Shown: positions 37,568 through 51,412, counted from the stretch's first letter. The stretch: 64,000 nt of DNA from Paraspadella gotoi (GCA_051294375.1 CM119267.1:12719081-12783080), one strand, 5' to 3'. Translations and numbers: made by a program. Notes: a model not told the origin generated them from the sequence alone.

Positions 37568-39872
37568 ACAATACAAACTTTTGTTTTTCAAATCTGCTAA
37601 TCTTATGAACAATGAAAAAAAAACACAATGTCTTCAAATTGCTTTTATATTATATTATAATATTATAATATTTTATATGTTTTAGTCTTAATAAACCAGA
37701 TGGCTCTACAAACAAAGGAGCATTTTTAAAAACAAAATAGCAATAAAATACATCCACCAGAGGTTTTAACAGTCCTATTAAAATTTGTTGGTATTTTTAT
37801 AAAATTCTACTGGAGGGCTCTACAAAGAAAAAAGCTTTTTGTAAGACAAAGGAACATTTAAAAGAAATTTTAGCTGCACCCAAAAGATATTCACTTGCAC
37901 CTGCTCTTCAACAAAAGAGAAATTATTTTTGTAAATTTTTATTATTTTAAATCTTTTAAAATTATTTTTTTGATATTTTTTAATAAATATTTTCTTTTTT
38001 TTTCTATTTTATTCTATTTCTTATTCTACATTTTGATAAAAGCATTTTAATCATGTATCATACTACAAAACAAAAATAATATTGTTTTGATTCATACCAT
38101 GATAGAAAAAAAAATTGTCGCTGTTTGGAAAAGTCAGTTAATTTCATTGTCAAATATATTTTTTGGCCGGTAAATAGGTTTTAATATGAAATATGACCTC
38201 CCTCGGACTGAATAAAAAGATTATTTTTAAACAGCATAAAATTATTTAATACATTCCAATACTTCCAAAAAAGGTTGTCTCAAATTGTTTTTACCTTTTT
38301 TTGGTCAAGAGGATTATTCATATTATTATTAATATTATATTGCTAATATAATATTTTTTATCAAATTTAGGGTAAAAAATGGTCCTTGGCACGCAGTGAA
38401 AAAGATTGATCCCTTATAAAGTAAACCAGGCTTGAGTAGTTATTGCATAATTTATGATGCATTGTTTTTCATTTCAACAAAATTTTGATTTATCTTTTTT
38501 TTTTACTTTCTGGAGCATCTACAGCATTAATATATTTTTAATGCCGCTATTTTTTTAACATATGAATTAAGATTTATCCCTGAAACTATTCTAAAAGAGA
38601 TGAGACTGAGAAAAGGCAGAAATTTTTAATAGTAATGGTTTAACTCAAAAAGTAATAAAAAAGAACCGGAAATTAGTATAAATGAAAAAGTGTAGATATG
38701 AAAAAATATAAAAAAAAAGGAAGCATTTTTTTTGACAACTCATTTTTTTTTGCATTGAACTCTTGTTTTTTTTTTTATATAAATAAGATAAAGCTCATAT
38801 GAATTACAAAAGGCTAAAGTTTCTTGATATATAAATTTTATTTTTTGATTCTCACATTAAAATGCAAAAAAATAGCTAGAAAGTAACCGTGGCAATTTTT
38901 GTTTCCATCATGATAAAATGATATTAGAGCCACAGTAACAGTTCAGTTTAAGCCCAGGAAAGTGATTTACATGTATTGGCGCAGCCACTGGTTTTAATGT
39001 TTCTGTTAAACTGAGCGTAGAGTAACGAAAGCCGTACACTCAATGGCGGCTGAAAAGTTAATGAGATCCTCACGTCGGAAAAATGCCAGTCGAGAAATAA
39101 AAAAGTTTTGGGGTTTTTTTCGTTACAATTTTTCCCCGGTCGAATTGAAAGGTGAGGGGGAAATTGTTTATCGGCGTTGCTAAGTATTATTTGAAAATTT
39201 TGAGATCCTTTTTCGAAACTATTAATGAATTAATGTTAATTTAATCAATGTTTTGCGGAGTAATTGGGATGGAAGAGAGGAGGGTCAGTGTGAGAAAGGG
39301 TGAGAAAGAGAAAGACAAAGAGAGAGAGGGGAGGGGGCATTGCGGCAAGTTCATCCCGCTTGTCATCAGCCCACCTTGCGACTTATTCACATACTTTCAC
39401 CATTAGTCATTACAGTCAACTGTCAGTGTCAAGTCAATTTCTGGAACCCAATCACATCCCATTTCCTCCGTTTTTCCTCTTCTCCTGTTTATTGCCATTC
39501 TCATCTTCATTATCATCCCGTCGTTGCCACACTCATCTTCAGCGCCATTCTCGTCATTAATGTCCTTCTCATCGCCGCCCGTTGCCATTAAGGGGTGAAC
39601 TTAGGTAAAGATATTTTCTTAAGTAGGTAATAGACAATTTTTTGGTTTACCTAGTAGTTAACTGAATAAAAGTAGTGTGGCAGTAACCACACGCAACCTT
39701 CACTCATTCGAAATCTCGAGAAACCAATTGCATTGTTCCCTCTCTCTCACTCTCTCTCATTAACTGTGTGACCTTATAACGGTTTTTCTCTCTCTTTGTA
39801 TTTATGTTTAGAATTGGCATCTTTGTTATTGACTTATCGTCTGATTAACTCCTGCCATAGTCGGAAATTTTT

Positions 39873-40993
39873 AGTCGGATCTGCTTATCAGCAGATTCCG
39901 ATACTATAATTCACTTTGTCCGTCCGTCGGTCCCTTCCCAAAATATTGTCGGTAAATCATTATTATCATATCAGAACCTCAAATTATGATAAATTATGCA
40001 AAAAAAAATGATGTCCGTCCGTCCGTCCGTCTGTGCATACCCCCTTAGCAAAAAACTCCAATTACTCGTGATTGGATGGATGGATTAGTATGAAATTTTG
40101 TGTGTGGGTAGGAAACTGTGTGATTGAGATGGATATGAAGTTTCGATGGAATCGTGCGAGTGGAAATTAGTTTAAATAGAAACAAACAAAAAAATATATT
40201 TCACTATTTGAACACCAATTGCTGATGAGTGGATAGGGCAATTGACTTGAAATTTTGTATGATGGTAGGAAAGTGTGTGATTGAGCTGGATATACAGTTT
40301 CGATGGAATCGTGTGAGTGGAAATGAGTTAAAATGGAAAAAACAAAAGTCATATTTACTTGAAGTATTTTTACTTAAATTTAATTATAATTATTATGTTT
40401 ATTAAAAATTGGATAGATAAATTGAAATGTAATTTTGTGTGTGGGTAGGAAAGTATATGATAAAGCTGGATATAATTTTTTTGATGGAATAAAAGGAGTG
40501 GAAAACAGTTCAAATTAGAAAACCAAAAGACACATTTATTTGAATTTTTAAAAGTTTCTCTCTCTCTATCTCTCTCTGATTGATTGATTGATTGATTGAT
40601 TGATTTACAAAATTATGCCAATTGACAAAAATATGCCAGTTGACCAAATTCTGCAAGTTGACCAAATTATGCCAGTTGACCAAATTATGTCAGTTGACCA
40701 ACTTCTGCAAGTTGACCAAATTATGCCTGTTGACCAAATTATGCCAGTTGATAAAATTATGCCAGTTGACCAAATTATGTTAATTGACCAAATTATATCA
40801 GTTGACCAAAATATGTCATTTGTACAAATTTTGTCAGTTGACCAATTTATGCTAGCTGACAAAATTATGTCAGTTGACCAAATTATGCCAGTTGACCAAA
40901 TAATGCAAGTTGATTAAATTATGCAAGTTGACCAAGTTAGCTTATTACCACTTAATTATCGTAGGCAGATCCGACATTGTTTGCTCAAACTTG
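39873..40993 (+). mobile_element. DINE-1/Helentron-like element (HINE) with 18-bp array
   Basis: Both termini intact and flanked by TT; GTCC microsatellite; GTTGACCAAATTATGCCA array at about 40610-40936. Confidence 0.8.
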
Positions 40994-42017
40994 TTAATTG
41001 ACGAAAGTAGCTTTAAAACAGAAATATAACTGACAAATTTATGATCTAATTTGCTAAAACTTAGAAGAGAAACATTATTTTAAATAAATAATGTTTACAT
41101 AATGTCTACATAAATAAATTCAAACAAATTGATAATAAATTACATATAAATTATTAATTTAATAAAATAGAATATTTTATGGTATTAATTTATAAATCAT
41201 AAATCTTTTTTAAATATAAAACTTTGCTAAACATTGACATTAAATTAATTTAAGCCCTAGTGTTACGAAATAACTATCTCTAATATTACGAGGAAATCAG
41301 CTTCTCTACCTTTTCCCCGTTGCTCTTTTGCTCTTTATTACTGACATCGAAAATGCTTCCATTCTAGCGATCGCCACGACATCTTTAGGCTCTTTCTTTT
41401 GTTTATACTTAAGTACAGAATTCCGAAGGCAGTGTACAGCTGATTCTGATTGGTGCCCGTGATTTCGATAGATTTCGATTAAGATTCTAATCGAATTCTG
41501 GTCACGTGGCATCTTCAGATCTCAAAGTTGTCACTGGGTTTTTAGTTCTTTTCAGAGCATTAGAAACTCTTTATCAGATATCTCGGAATCTTATTTTTTG
41601 TGTGATCGCTGGTTTGGTGGACTTTTCTATGAAGAGAAGCAATTCTTTTTGGTTAATATTGGCTTCAGAAACAAGTAAGAAAGACACTTTAAATTTATAT
41701 ATATTTGCTGAGTTTGTACTAAATGTTTTGTTATTCCTTGCCCAGGACTTCTAACTTCATTAGACTACCTCTTCTTCAGACTCACGTCAACATTTGTCAG
41801 GTCCTGGGCTTTGTAGACAGTCGTCATTTCGGCCTTAGCCGACGTCGTCTACTAAGACTTTGTCGTCAGCATCTCCAGGGCGTCTGGACCGGCGCCATCG
41901 TCTCTTCTGCGCCATTTTATACCCGATTTCATTTGGTCTTCAATGCGCAGAATTAGTCCAGTCAGAATTCAAAGACGCCACTTCTCCGAACTTAGTTCAA
42001 TACACCTAGATATTTTT

Positions 42018-43500
42018 AGTCGGATCTGCTTATCAGCAGATCCCGACTCTATAACTCACTTTGCTGGTCCGTCGGTCCGCCCCCTCAATATTGTCGGGCA
42101 TACCTTATATCATGTCAGAACATCGAATTATGATAAATTATGCAAAAAAAATGATGTCCGTCCGTCCATCTGTCTGTCTGTCTGTTTGTCCGTCCGTCGG
42201 TCCGTCCGTCCGTCCGTTCGTCCCACCTTAGCAAAAAACACCAATTACTCGTGATTGGATGGATGGATTAAATGAAATTTTGTGTGAGGATAGGTAAGTG
42301 TGTGATTGAGCTGGATATGAAGTTTCGATGGAATCGTCCGAGTGGAAATGAGTTTAAATGGAAAAAACCAAAAAAATATATTCACTATTTGAACACCAAT
42401 TGCTCATGAGTGGATGGGCTGATTGACCTGGAATTTTGTATGTGGGTAGGAAAGTGTGTGATTGAACAGGAAATCAAGTTTCGATGGAATAGTTTGAGTG
42501 GAAATGAGTTTAAATGGAAAAAAACAAAAAACCTGTTTTACTAATTGATTATGCTTCTTTTTCCTTTTATATTAAATGTATATGCAGGATGTATTAATAA
42601 ATCAAATAATTAATCAGCTAATTAAATAATTAGTAAATAAATTTTCAAATAATTAATCAGTTAGTCAATCAATCTGTCCATCCGTCCCACCTTAGCAAAA
42701 AGCTCCAATAACTCGTGATTGGCTGGTTGGATTGGAATTAAATTTTGTGTGTGGGTAGGAAAGTGTGTGATAAAGCTGGATATAAAGTTTTGATGGAATC
42801 GTGTGAGTGAAAATTAGTTCAAATGGAAAAAACATAAGTCGCATTTACTAAAATCTTTTCACTTATTTTAACCAATAAATACTCTAATTAATCATAATTG
42901 GATGGATAGATTGAGTTGAAATTTTTGTGTGTGGTAGGAAAATGTGTGACGAAGCTTGATATAAAGTTTCGGTAGAAACGTACCAGTGGAAATGAGTTTA
43001 AATGAAAAAAATATGAGTCACATTTACTTGAATCTTTTTATTTATTTTAACCCATGATAGATTGAGATGAAATTTTGTGAGCCGGTAGGAAAGTGAGTGA
43101 AGAAGCTAGATATAAAGTTTTGACGGAATACAAGTTGAAAAAATTATGCAAGTTGAAAAAATTATGCAAGTTAAAAAAATCTTAAAAGCATAAGGATCGT
43201 CGCAATTGCATAAAAAGAGAAAGAGAGAGAGAGAGAGTGAGAGAGAAAGAGAGAGAGTGAGAGAGAGAGAGAGAAGGAGACATAAAATAAAATAGAGGAT
43301 ATTTGTTTGTTTTGATAAAATGTAAACAAAACATTTAATAACTGTACTGACTCAATTTTAAGGACATCGATGATGACAAGCTGAATATAAATTATAATTA
43401 ATTATTAACATTAATTAATTAATTAATCTATTAATTAAATAATTAATTAACCTATTAATTAATTATTGTAGGCAGATCCGACATTGTTTGCTCAAACTTG
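42018..43500 (+). mobile_element. HINE copy with expanded ~155-180 bp internal repeats
   Basis: Same termini. The GGTAGGAAAGTGTGTGA..GATGGAATC block recurs about five times. Confidence 0.78.
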
Positions 43501-44004
43501 TTATTATCAACCCCAATCTTTTTAGTCGGATCTGCTTTTAGCAGATCCCGACTCTATAATTTAATTTGTCGGTCCGTCGGTCCGCCCCCTCAATATTGTC
43601 GGGCACTCACTTATATCATGTCAGAACATTAGTCAAAAAAACGATGTCCGTCCGTCCGTCCGTTCGTCCGTTCGTCCGTCCCACCTTAGCAAAAAACACC
43701 AATTACTCGTGATTGAATGGATGAATTAGAATGAAATTTTGTGTGTGGGTAGGGAAGTGTGTGATTGAGCTGTATATGAAGTTTCGATGGAATCGTCCGA
43801 GTGGAAATGAGTTTAAATGGAAAAAACCAAAAAATATATTTCACTATTTGAACACCAATTACTCATGAGTGGATGGGGCGATTGACTTGAAATTTTGTAT
43901 TTGGGTAGAAAGGTGTGTGATTATACTGGAAATCAAGTTTCGATGGAATCATTAGAGTGGAAATGAGTTAAAATGGAAAAAAACAAAAAACCTGTTTCAC
44001 TAAT

Positions 44005-45633
44005 TGTGAAGAATTCTTTCTCTTCACGCTTGTAAATTTCAAGGCTTTCCGTCGCCCGTCCAAAGTCTTCAACATGAGTTTTTGAGAAGCAAAAACGAGT
44101 TTTGAATGAGTTTATATGATTTATTTAAGGAAAATCGAGTACAAATTGGTAAAAACGAAAATACTTCCCAAAATCTCGTAGAAAATGTGTTTCTTCCGGG
44201 CGATGGTTGCTTCTTCTTTGGTTTAAAATGAAACTAACATTAGCTCGAATTTCTCCATGAAGAAAGGTAAAAATGTTGGCCTTAAAACTGGCCAAACGCC
44301 GAACGAGGGAAAAAGTGGGAGAAAGAGAACGCTAGGCATAATCTTTTCTACACCCCCCTGGTCAAAAAATAGTTTAGACAATAAAATAAGGGTATGACAT
44401 GCTTTCCTATAACTAAATGACAAACCCATAAGATATGCAAAACATCAAATTCATTCATTAAAATTCCAAACGATTAAAATGTTCAAAGAAATTCATAAGA
44501 CTTCCGTTGGCATCTCCTAGGATTTGGCTGCAGACGTCCCAATTATTGGAATGATTTCTGACAACTGTTTTGGATCTGGAGTGACAGCTGAGATTGCCAA
44601 TGTTTCTACAGACATCGGATTAGTTTTTAGGGATGAATCATGCAGCGTGGAATTGTGCTGCCCGTCGCAGACAACACAGCGGCGAACTGACTTGAAATTG
44701 AAGGAGACATGTCCTGGTGCAAGACATTGGAAACAGAGGTGTTGGTTGAAAGCAAAATATTTTTTAGATTGAGAATCTAATATCCGGAACTTTTTACAAA
44801 AAGAGATGGAGTGGCTTTCTCCGCAAAAGAGACAGTTGACCGTCCTCCTTAATGGCATTGGATAGAGAGTTGGAAATGACCTAGGAATCATCCACGGTGT
44901 CGACGATGGAGTTGTAATATTGGTCTGCATTGTCTTTGACTTCAACCCACGCATTCTTTGCCGAGGAGATCGTCGGTTTTTTGATGGTGGAGTGTATTCC
45001 AGAGTAGGAGATACCGTACCTGGTTCACTCGGTGAGGATACAAGGGACGAATTATTCAAGCCCCTGTCCTTTAAAGATGGTGGAAGAGAAGGAGAAGCAG
45101 ATGTGCGATGGGTCAGCTCAATCATTTCGTTTTTAACTTTGGAGAGTTCCTCTTTTACCGCACAAAGTTCTTCTTCCCTGAGAAGTAATGTTTTGGAGAA
45201 AGATATTTCGGCGCTTAAAGTTTGGAAATTTGTTTCCAGTCATTGGAGTCGATCGTCAATCTCTTTGAATTCAGAGATCGCTTCGCCGATTTTTTTGATT
45301 GCTGCTTCATTAGAGGCTGTATTTGCAAGAAGATAGTTGTCCAGAGTTTCAAATATTTGACGTAACTCTATCGTATGATCATTGCATACTCGGTCAATGT
45401 TAAACAAGGCCTCCATGATATCGCTTGACGACATTGTTTTTTTTTATTTGCTATTGTTATATTTTAATACAAGTTCAAATTTTTTATTTTTTTAAACTTT
45501 TTCTTGAGCAGAAACCTTTTTTTGGCAAACGTTTAATTCACGAAGCGGTTTAACATTTTCTACTGTGAAGAATTCTTTCTCTTCACGCTTGTAAATTTCA
45601 ACGACAGAGAAACAGAGAAACTTTGCCCTCTCT

Positions 45634-45669
<36 letters not shown>

Positions 45670-46816
45670 CCTTCTTCTACACAAAATCTGTCTAATATTT
45701 TCACAAACTAAATTGACGCTTAAGAAGGCTTATAAAAAAGCCGAAACATGTATGTTTCATCTTGAAAATAAATCGTTATTGCCAATAAATTCAAACTTTT
45801 TCTCTAAGATGTAAATTCATAAAATTAGTTGAAAGGAAAAACGAAAAAAAATTGGGAGAAAGTAAAAAAAAATACTGAAGGGCAGAAAAAAATGAGAGAA
45901 AAGAAAGAGGGGAAAGAAGGAGGGGAAAGAGAGAAAGAAAAAGAAAGGAACATAAGGGTATAAAGTTAGGGGAATATAGAATAAGAGAGATTAGAATAGA
46001 AACAAGTTTGAGCAAACAATGTCGTATCTGACCACGATCATTATCGGTAATTATTTCATTTATAATTAAATAATTCAAGTTAATTAATTAATTAGGCAAT
46101 TAATTAATTAATTTGAGCCCAAATGTTTGTTTTTAGGCCTTTTCGTCACAAACCACGATAAAAGCAATGACGACGATGAGAATAATGTCAATAACAATTG
46201 ACTTGATTGATTGACTGATTAATTAGTTATTGATTATTTAATTGACTAATTGATTAATTAATTGATTAATTATTTGATTTATTATTATATCCTGCATTTA
46301 AATTTAATATAAACGGAAAAAGAAGAATAATCAATTAGTGTTGAAAAGATTATTTCTCTTTCTCCCACTTTTTCCCTCGTTCGGCGTTTGGCCAGTTTTA
46401 AGGTCAACATTTTTACCTTTCTCATGGAGAAATTCGAGCTAATGTTAGTTTAATTTTAAACCAAAGAAAGAAGAAACACATTTTCTACGAGATTTTGGGA
46501 AGTATTTTCGTTTTTGCCAATTTGTACTCGATTTTCCTTAAATAAATCATAGAAACTCATTCAAAACTCGTTTTTTGCTTCTCAAAAATCATGTTGAAGA
46601 CTTTGGACGGGCGAGGAAAGNNNNNNNNNNNNNNNNNNNNNNNNNGAAAATACTTCCCAAAATCTCGTAGAAAATGTGTTTCTTCTTTCTTTGGTTTAAA
46701 ATTAAACTAACATTAGCTCGAATTTCTCCATGAAGAAAGGTAAAAATGTTGACCTTAAAACTGGCCAAACGCCGAACGAGGGAAAAAGTGGGAGAAAGAG
46801 AATAATCTTTTCAACA
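44005..46816 (-). mobile_element. Non-autonomous BEL/Pao-like LTR element with 5-bp TSD
   Basis: CTAAT TSD at 44000-44004 and 46817-46821. The 3' LTR is 44005-44352 (TGTAG..TTCACA on minus, with AATAAA), preceded by an AGGGGGG PPT. The 5' LTR is split into 45564-45601 and 46646-46816 by an inverted segment and a gap. Confidence 0.8.
44517..45434 (-). pseudogene. BEL/Pao-type gag-like ORF (coiled-coil-like N-terminus, triple Cys-His knuckle) with one in-frame stop
   Basis: ORFs 45240-45434 and 44517-45125 share a frame, separated by a single TGA at 45240-45242. Knuckles: CLFCGESHSISFC, CFQCLAPGH, CVVCDGQHNSTLH. Confidence 0.8.
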
Positions 46817-47486
46817 CTAATTGATTATTCTTCTTTTTCCGTTTATATTAAATTTAAATGCAGGATTAATAATAAATCAAATAATTAATCAATTAATTAA
46901 TCAATTAGTCAATTAAATAATCAATAACTAATTAATCAGTCAATCAATCAAGTCAATTGTTATTGACATTATTCTCATCGTCGTCATTGCTTTTATCGTG
47001 GTTTGTGACGAAAAGGCCTAAAAACAAACATTTGGGCTCAAATTAATTAATTAATTGCCTAATTAATTAATTAACTTGAATTATTTAATTATAAATGAAA
47101 TAATTACCGATAATGATCGTGGTCAGATACGACATTGTTTGCTCAAACTTGTTTCTATTCTAATCTCTCTTATTCTATATTCCCCTAACTTTATACCCTT
47201 ATGTTCCTTTCTTTTTCTTTCTCTCTTTTCCCCTCCTTCTTTCCCCTCTTTCTTTTCTCTCATTTTTTTCTGCCCTTCAGTATTTTTTTTTACTTTCTCC
47301 CAATTTTTTTTCGTTTTTCCTTTCAACTAATTTTATGAATTTACATCTTAGAGAAAAAGTTTGAATTTATTGGCAATAACGATTTATTTTCAAGATGAAA
47401 ACATACATGTTTCGGCTTTTTTATAAGCCTTCTTAAGCGTCAATTTAGTTTGTGAAAATATTAGACAGATTTTGTGTAGAAGAAGG

Positions 47487-47522
<36 letters not shown>

Positions 47523-47550
47523 GAGAGAGGGCAAAGTTTCTCTGTTTCTC
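45602..47550. repeat. Near-identical ~0.9-kb inverted duplication centred on a 25-N gap
   Basis: 45602-46510 is the reverse complement of about 46646-47550; N run at 46621-46645. Confidence 0.85.
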
Positions 47551-47668
47551 TGTTTCTCTCTCTCTCTCTCTCCCTATCTTCTACACAAAATCTGTCTAAT
47601 AATTTCACAAACTAAATTGACGCTGAAGAAGGCTTATAAAAAAGCCGGAACATGTACGTTTTCATCTT
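47392..47668. mobile_element. Penelope pLTR-like foldback with two outward-facing degenerate hammerhead motifs
   Basis: 47400-47441 (minus strand, core CTTAAGA) and 47619-47660 (plus strand, CTGAAGA-a-GGCTT..AAGCC-GGAA-CATGTA-CGTT). A duplicate of the left motif lies at 45715-45756. Confidence 0.65.
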
Positions 47669-50600
47669 AATTATTTCAAACTCTGTCTCTAATCTCTAAT
47701 CACAACGAAAGAAAGGATTACATAACACAATGCATTTACATCAAAGAATATTTTGAAATATATTATATAATATATAATATATATATATATATATTACACT
47801 GTTTTTTTTTTAACATGGCAGATTCGAAAATTTTCACATCCTGTACAGTTTCTAGTATAATTTTAGTGCTTAAAACGATTAACAAGGTGTCGTCAATCAG
47901 ATTTTGCATTAGACCTACGCACAATTTACCGGAAGTTGGTGTGGACATACAATATGGAATTTTTCTTTTTACTACAAATGAAAAGTTAGGCAGTTGTTAT
48001 TAACTTATCCTGCAATTAGTATAATTATTTAATAAGTAGTACTTAGACAAAAAATGTTCAAAAAGGGTTTTCATCAATAGTGGGCGTGTCCCAAACCAGA
48101 AATGAGTGCTCGATAATCAATTAAATATGTATTTTTAAAAACTTTTTGATCTATTCTGACTGCTAATGGTGTTTTACTGTTATATGACAGCTTTATCATC
48201 CATATCATAAAAAATCCTATCATATTTATTAATTATTACATCTTTAAAAAGATTCGTTTTTTAATAGCCAAAGGACAGTGGAGGGACGGAATTTTTAGTG
48301 AAAAGAATTCGATACCAAAAGTAAAATGAACGAGAGTTTATTTCAGTAAACATCGAAGGGAAAATGCGCACGAGAGAATAAAATAACAATGACTTTTATA
48401 TGAACTACTTTTGTTTAACCAAAGTAGGAATGTAAATGAGAAATGGAATTTTAGGCCGAGAGAAAATATTATTATTACGTTTTTGTTAATTTACTGAATT
48501 CTTTCTCCCAATCTCACTCGGCCATATTACCAAAATTTCAAAAAACAAATAATATTTCTAAAAAATGATACTATAAATTCACTCAGGGTTAAAAAAATAA
48601 TTTTTTTTTAGCCAAAATAACACTATAAAATTCACAAGGTTCTACTTTAAATGTATCAGTCAATGGAATAGCGAAATATAAAAGGGAATTAATTTCAAGT
48701 TTTATTATACACTTCTTTCTAAATAAATTCATAAAGCTAACAATTTTCGATCTAACAAAAAATCATGTTTTTCCAACTTCTTCTCTTCACAGTAAGTTTA
48801 TGTAACATTTTATGTAACATTTTCGAACTTTTTATAAAACAATAGACATATGAAAATAGTTATAGTATACAAAACAATTCAAATACAAAATCATAACCGA
48901 CGAATTCAATTTTATTAGAATAAGTTTTCTAATTGCACAAATAAGTTGAATTCGAAATGAAATAATTTGTAGACAATAATTCAAAACGGAAATAAAATAT
49001 NNNNNNNNNNNNNNNNNNNNNNNNNCTTGTGTCATCTTTACAAGAAAAAATTACAATTGAGTGACCCACTCAACGTCGCTCCGCCTTCTTTTTTTATGTG
49101 TTCTTTTGTTCACGCATGGGCTAGCCACGCTGGTGCGACGCAAATTTCAGATGCCTAAGTCTTATAACAAAAGCATGTATAAGCGTCAAAGTAAATTGAC
49201 CACAAAAGAGTATTTGCGACCACAAAAAGAAATGAGAGGCAAATGGGTAAGGCTTCAGGTAAGTTCAGTTTGACCGAGTTGCATGCATCAGCTGGCAGCT
49301 GGCCTGCGTCGTTACAGCTTCGTCCACAATCGCTTCTCACTTTTTCCGTCATTGCAGTTGGGCTCTTGCTCCAAGCAATCGTTTGCCGTGCTCCTTGGCT
49401 TCTGACTGTGACGTTCATCTTCCGGCCCCTTGAGGAACGAGAGCTTAGAGGAACCGTCTGCCCTGCAGCAGGAATTATAGGCGTCTTCCCATCCTTTACT
49501 TTTCATTATAGAATCGCTTAACTTTAATTTCTTTTTTTTTAACTATGTGCAATCCTTTAGGCGCGAGTGATGAAATGCCCAACACCAATGTCGCGATTCG
49601 ACGTCTCCTTGACGCTTAAGGCATTCAAGCAACAGGATCTAATCGCCTTACCTATCCCCAGGCGCCGAAGACAGGCCCATAGGCTGCGAGCGGACCACTC
49701 TTCTCTTTTCCCGGAAACTCTTTTTCTCTTTTTTTTTTTTTCTTTCTTTTTACTTTTCTTTCTATCTACAACGGTGTATCGCCGTGAACGCCGAAGGAGT
49801 CTGCACCGCCACGACAATGACTGACGACTGCAGCGCGGTCAGCGGATTCGATTATCGCTTTAAATAAATAATACTAATATTGACTAGCAAGGTCACACTA
49901 TTGCCGAAATGTTGCGAAGAGGAAAAACGTGGAAAATCTTTGATATGTTTTATTTGACTCAATCGAACTTTACGGTTTTTGTTATATTATTTATGCTAAA
50001 TAAAACAAATGTTGCCTATGTTTATTTAAATGTAATCGATATTTGTGCCTTCAACATTGCTACTACATGGGCATCGAAACGCTTGACCTTATTCAATAAT
50101 GAATATTCGCCGAAATCCCCCCATTGGATAACCTAAGCGCCCCGTGCCAAACGCAAGCGAAAAGAATAAATCTTAAGACAGGAATTTCAAAGAAAAGCGA
50201 CTTTGAATATACATCTAGTCTTTGCAACCATAGAAATGGAATTCATGGCCTAGGCCATTGATTCCGCGAGACAATTACGACCAGTTCTCCTACCCCCCCC
50301 TCTACTCTCTCTGCGTCTCTCTCTCTCTCATCTCGACTCTCCTCTCGTCTCTCTTCATTCTACTCTCTCTACTCTCTCTCTCTCTTACTCCTCTTCTCAA
50401 CATGCACGCTTTTTGCCACGGTGGCAGAAAGGCAACAACCGTTGAGGAAGGATGGCAGCGCCCCTGCGCGTTCTCACGCCAACGGCGAAAAAGGCAAGAG
50501 CCGCAGGCAGCAGAGCCGCAAGAGGACCCGGCCGAGGCGGAGTTAATGAGTGTAGAGCGACGCAAGAAAGCGGAAATGCCGGCAAAACATCAATTAAAGC

Positions 50601-51412
50601 CGAACCAGAACAGAGCCGAGAGAGAGAGAGAGAGAAAAGCAGCAAAAGAATAAAAGAGAGAGCAGGAGAGAGAGATTGGAAACAAAAGCCAAAACGCAAC
50701 GTCCGCAAGCCTACTTTTCATATTCCATCGCCAATTTCGATCTTGCAAAAATGGAGCCGCCGTGTTTTTTTTTTCGTCATTTTTCTCTATGGAATCGACA
50801 GCTTCGCTCATCTCGCCGGCCAACGCTTGCGCTCGAATCGAGGACACTAATGAGGGCTGACGGTCCGGTTAACATACGCCGACTTCAGTGATCCATGCCC
50901 GTCATCTTGTGACCGGAGTGTCATCGAGAATTCCGCGCCCTCGTTTCTTTTTTCGCAAAATGTCTAAGATTAATGAAAAAACGTTCGCAAATAAGCATCT
51001 GAAATCAACTGGTATTATGTTAGATGATAAATTGAAACCAAACCACTGACTTAAGCATAGCATTCATTAAAGTTATAAAGCATATTATTATACAATGCCC
51101 TCATACGCATTGCCATAGTGCATGTATTTCGATATTAACTCGCCTTAGAATAATTGCCCGCTCCAGCCGATATTAGAAAAAAGGCGAAACTCTGGAACTT
51201 ACTTACGACCTTGTAAATATTCAATTCACCAGTTAAATTTTAAAATTAATACCTCTGACGCGTAGTCGAGCGATGCGACCTGCAAAACACAATTCTTTGA
51301 CCGCCATCTTCCACAAAAACCCATTTCGAAGCTCCTTTGATTAATGACTCGCCCGCCCGATTAAAGCCGTCATCAATCTTTCGCGATAAGCTAATTACTT
51401 TCGTCGCGCCTC

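Larger units (their letters stand above)
43524..47151 (+). mobile_element. HINE copy interrupted by an LTR element
   Basis: 5' part 43524-44004 and 3' part 46817-47151. The joined flanks ATCAACCCCAATCTTTTT/TTTCTATTCTAATC match the uninterrupted site at about 29800-29835. Confidence 0.75.

Noticed and set aside
39040-39250. Cluster of TAAT/TGTTTAT sites suggesting an enhancer
   Set aside because: Such short motifs are expected by chance in AT-rich DNA and cannot be supported without conservation data.
40600-40917. ORF with VDQIMP repeats (also 15131-15412)
   Set aside because: Translation of a stop-free 18-bp tandem array inside a non-autonomous element.
41300-41990. Possible LINE ORF1 or host exon on the minus strand
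   Set aside because: Multiple stops and no recognisable motif.
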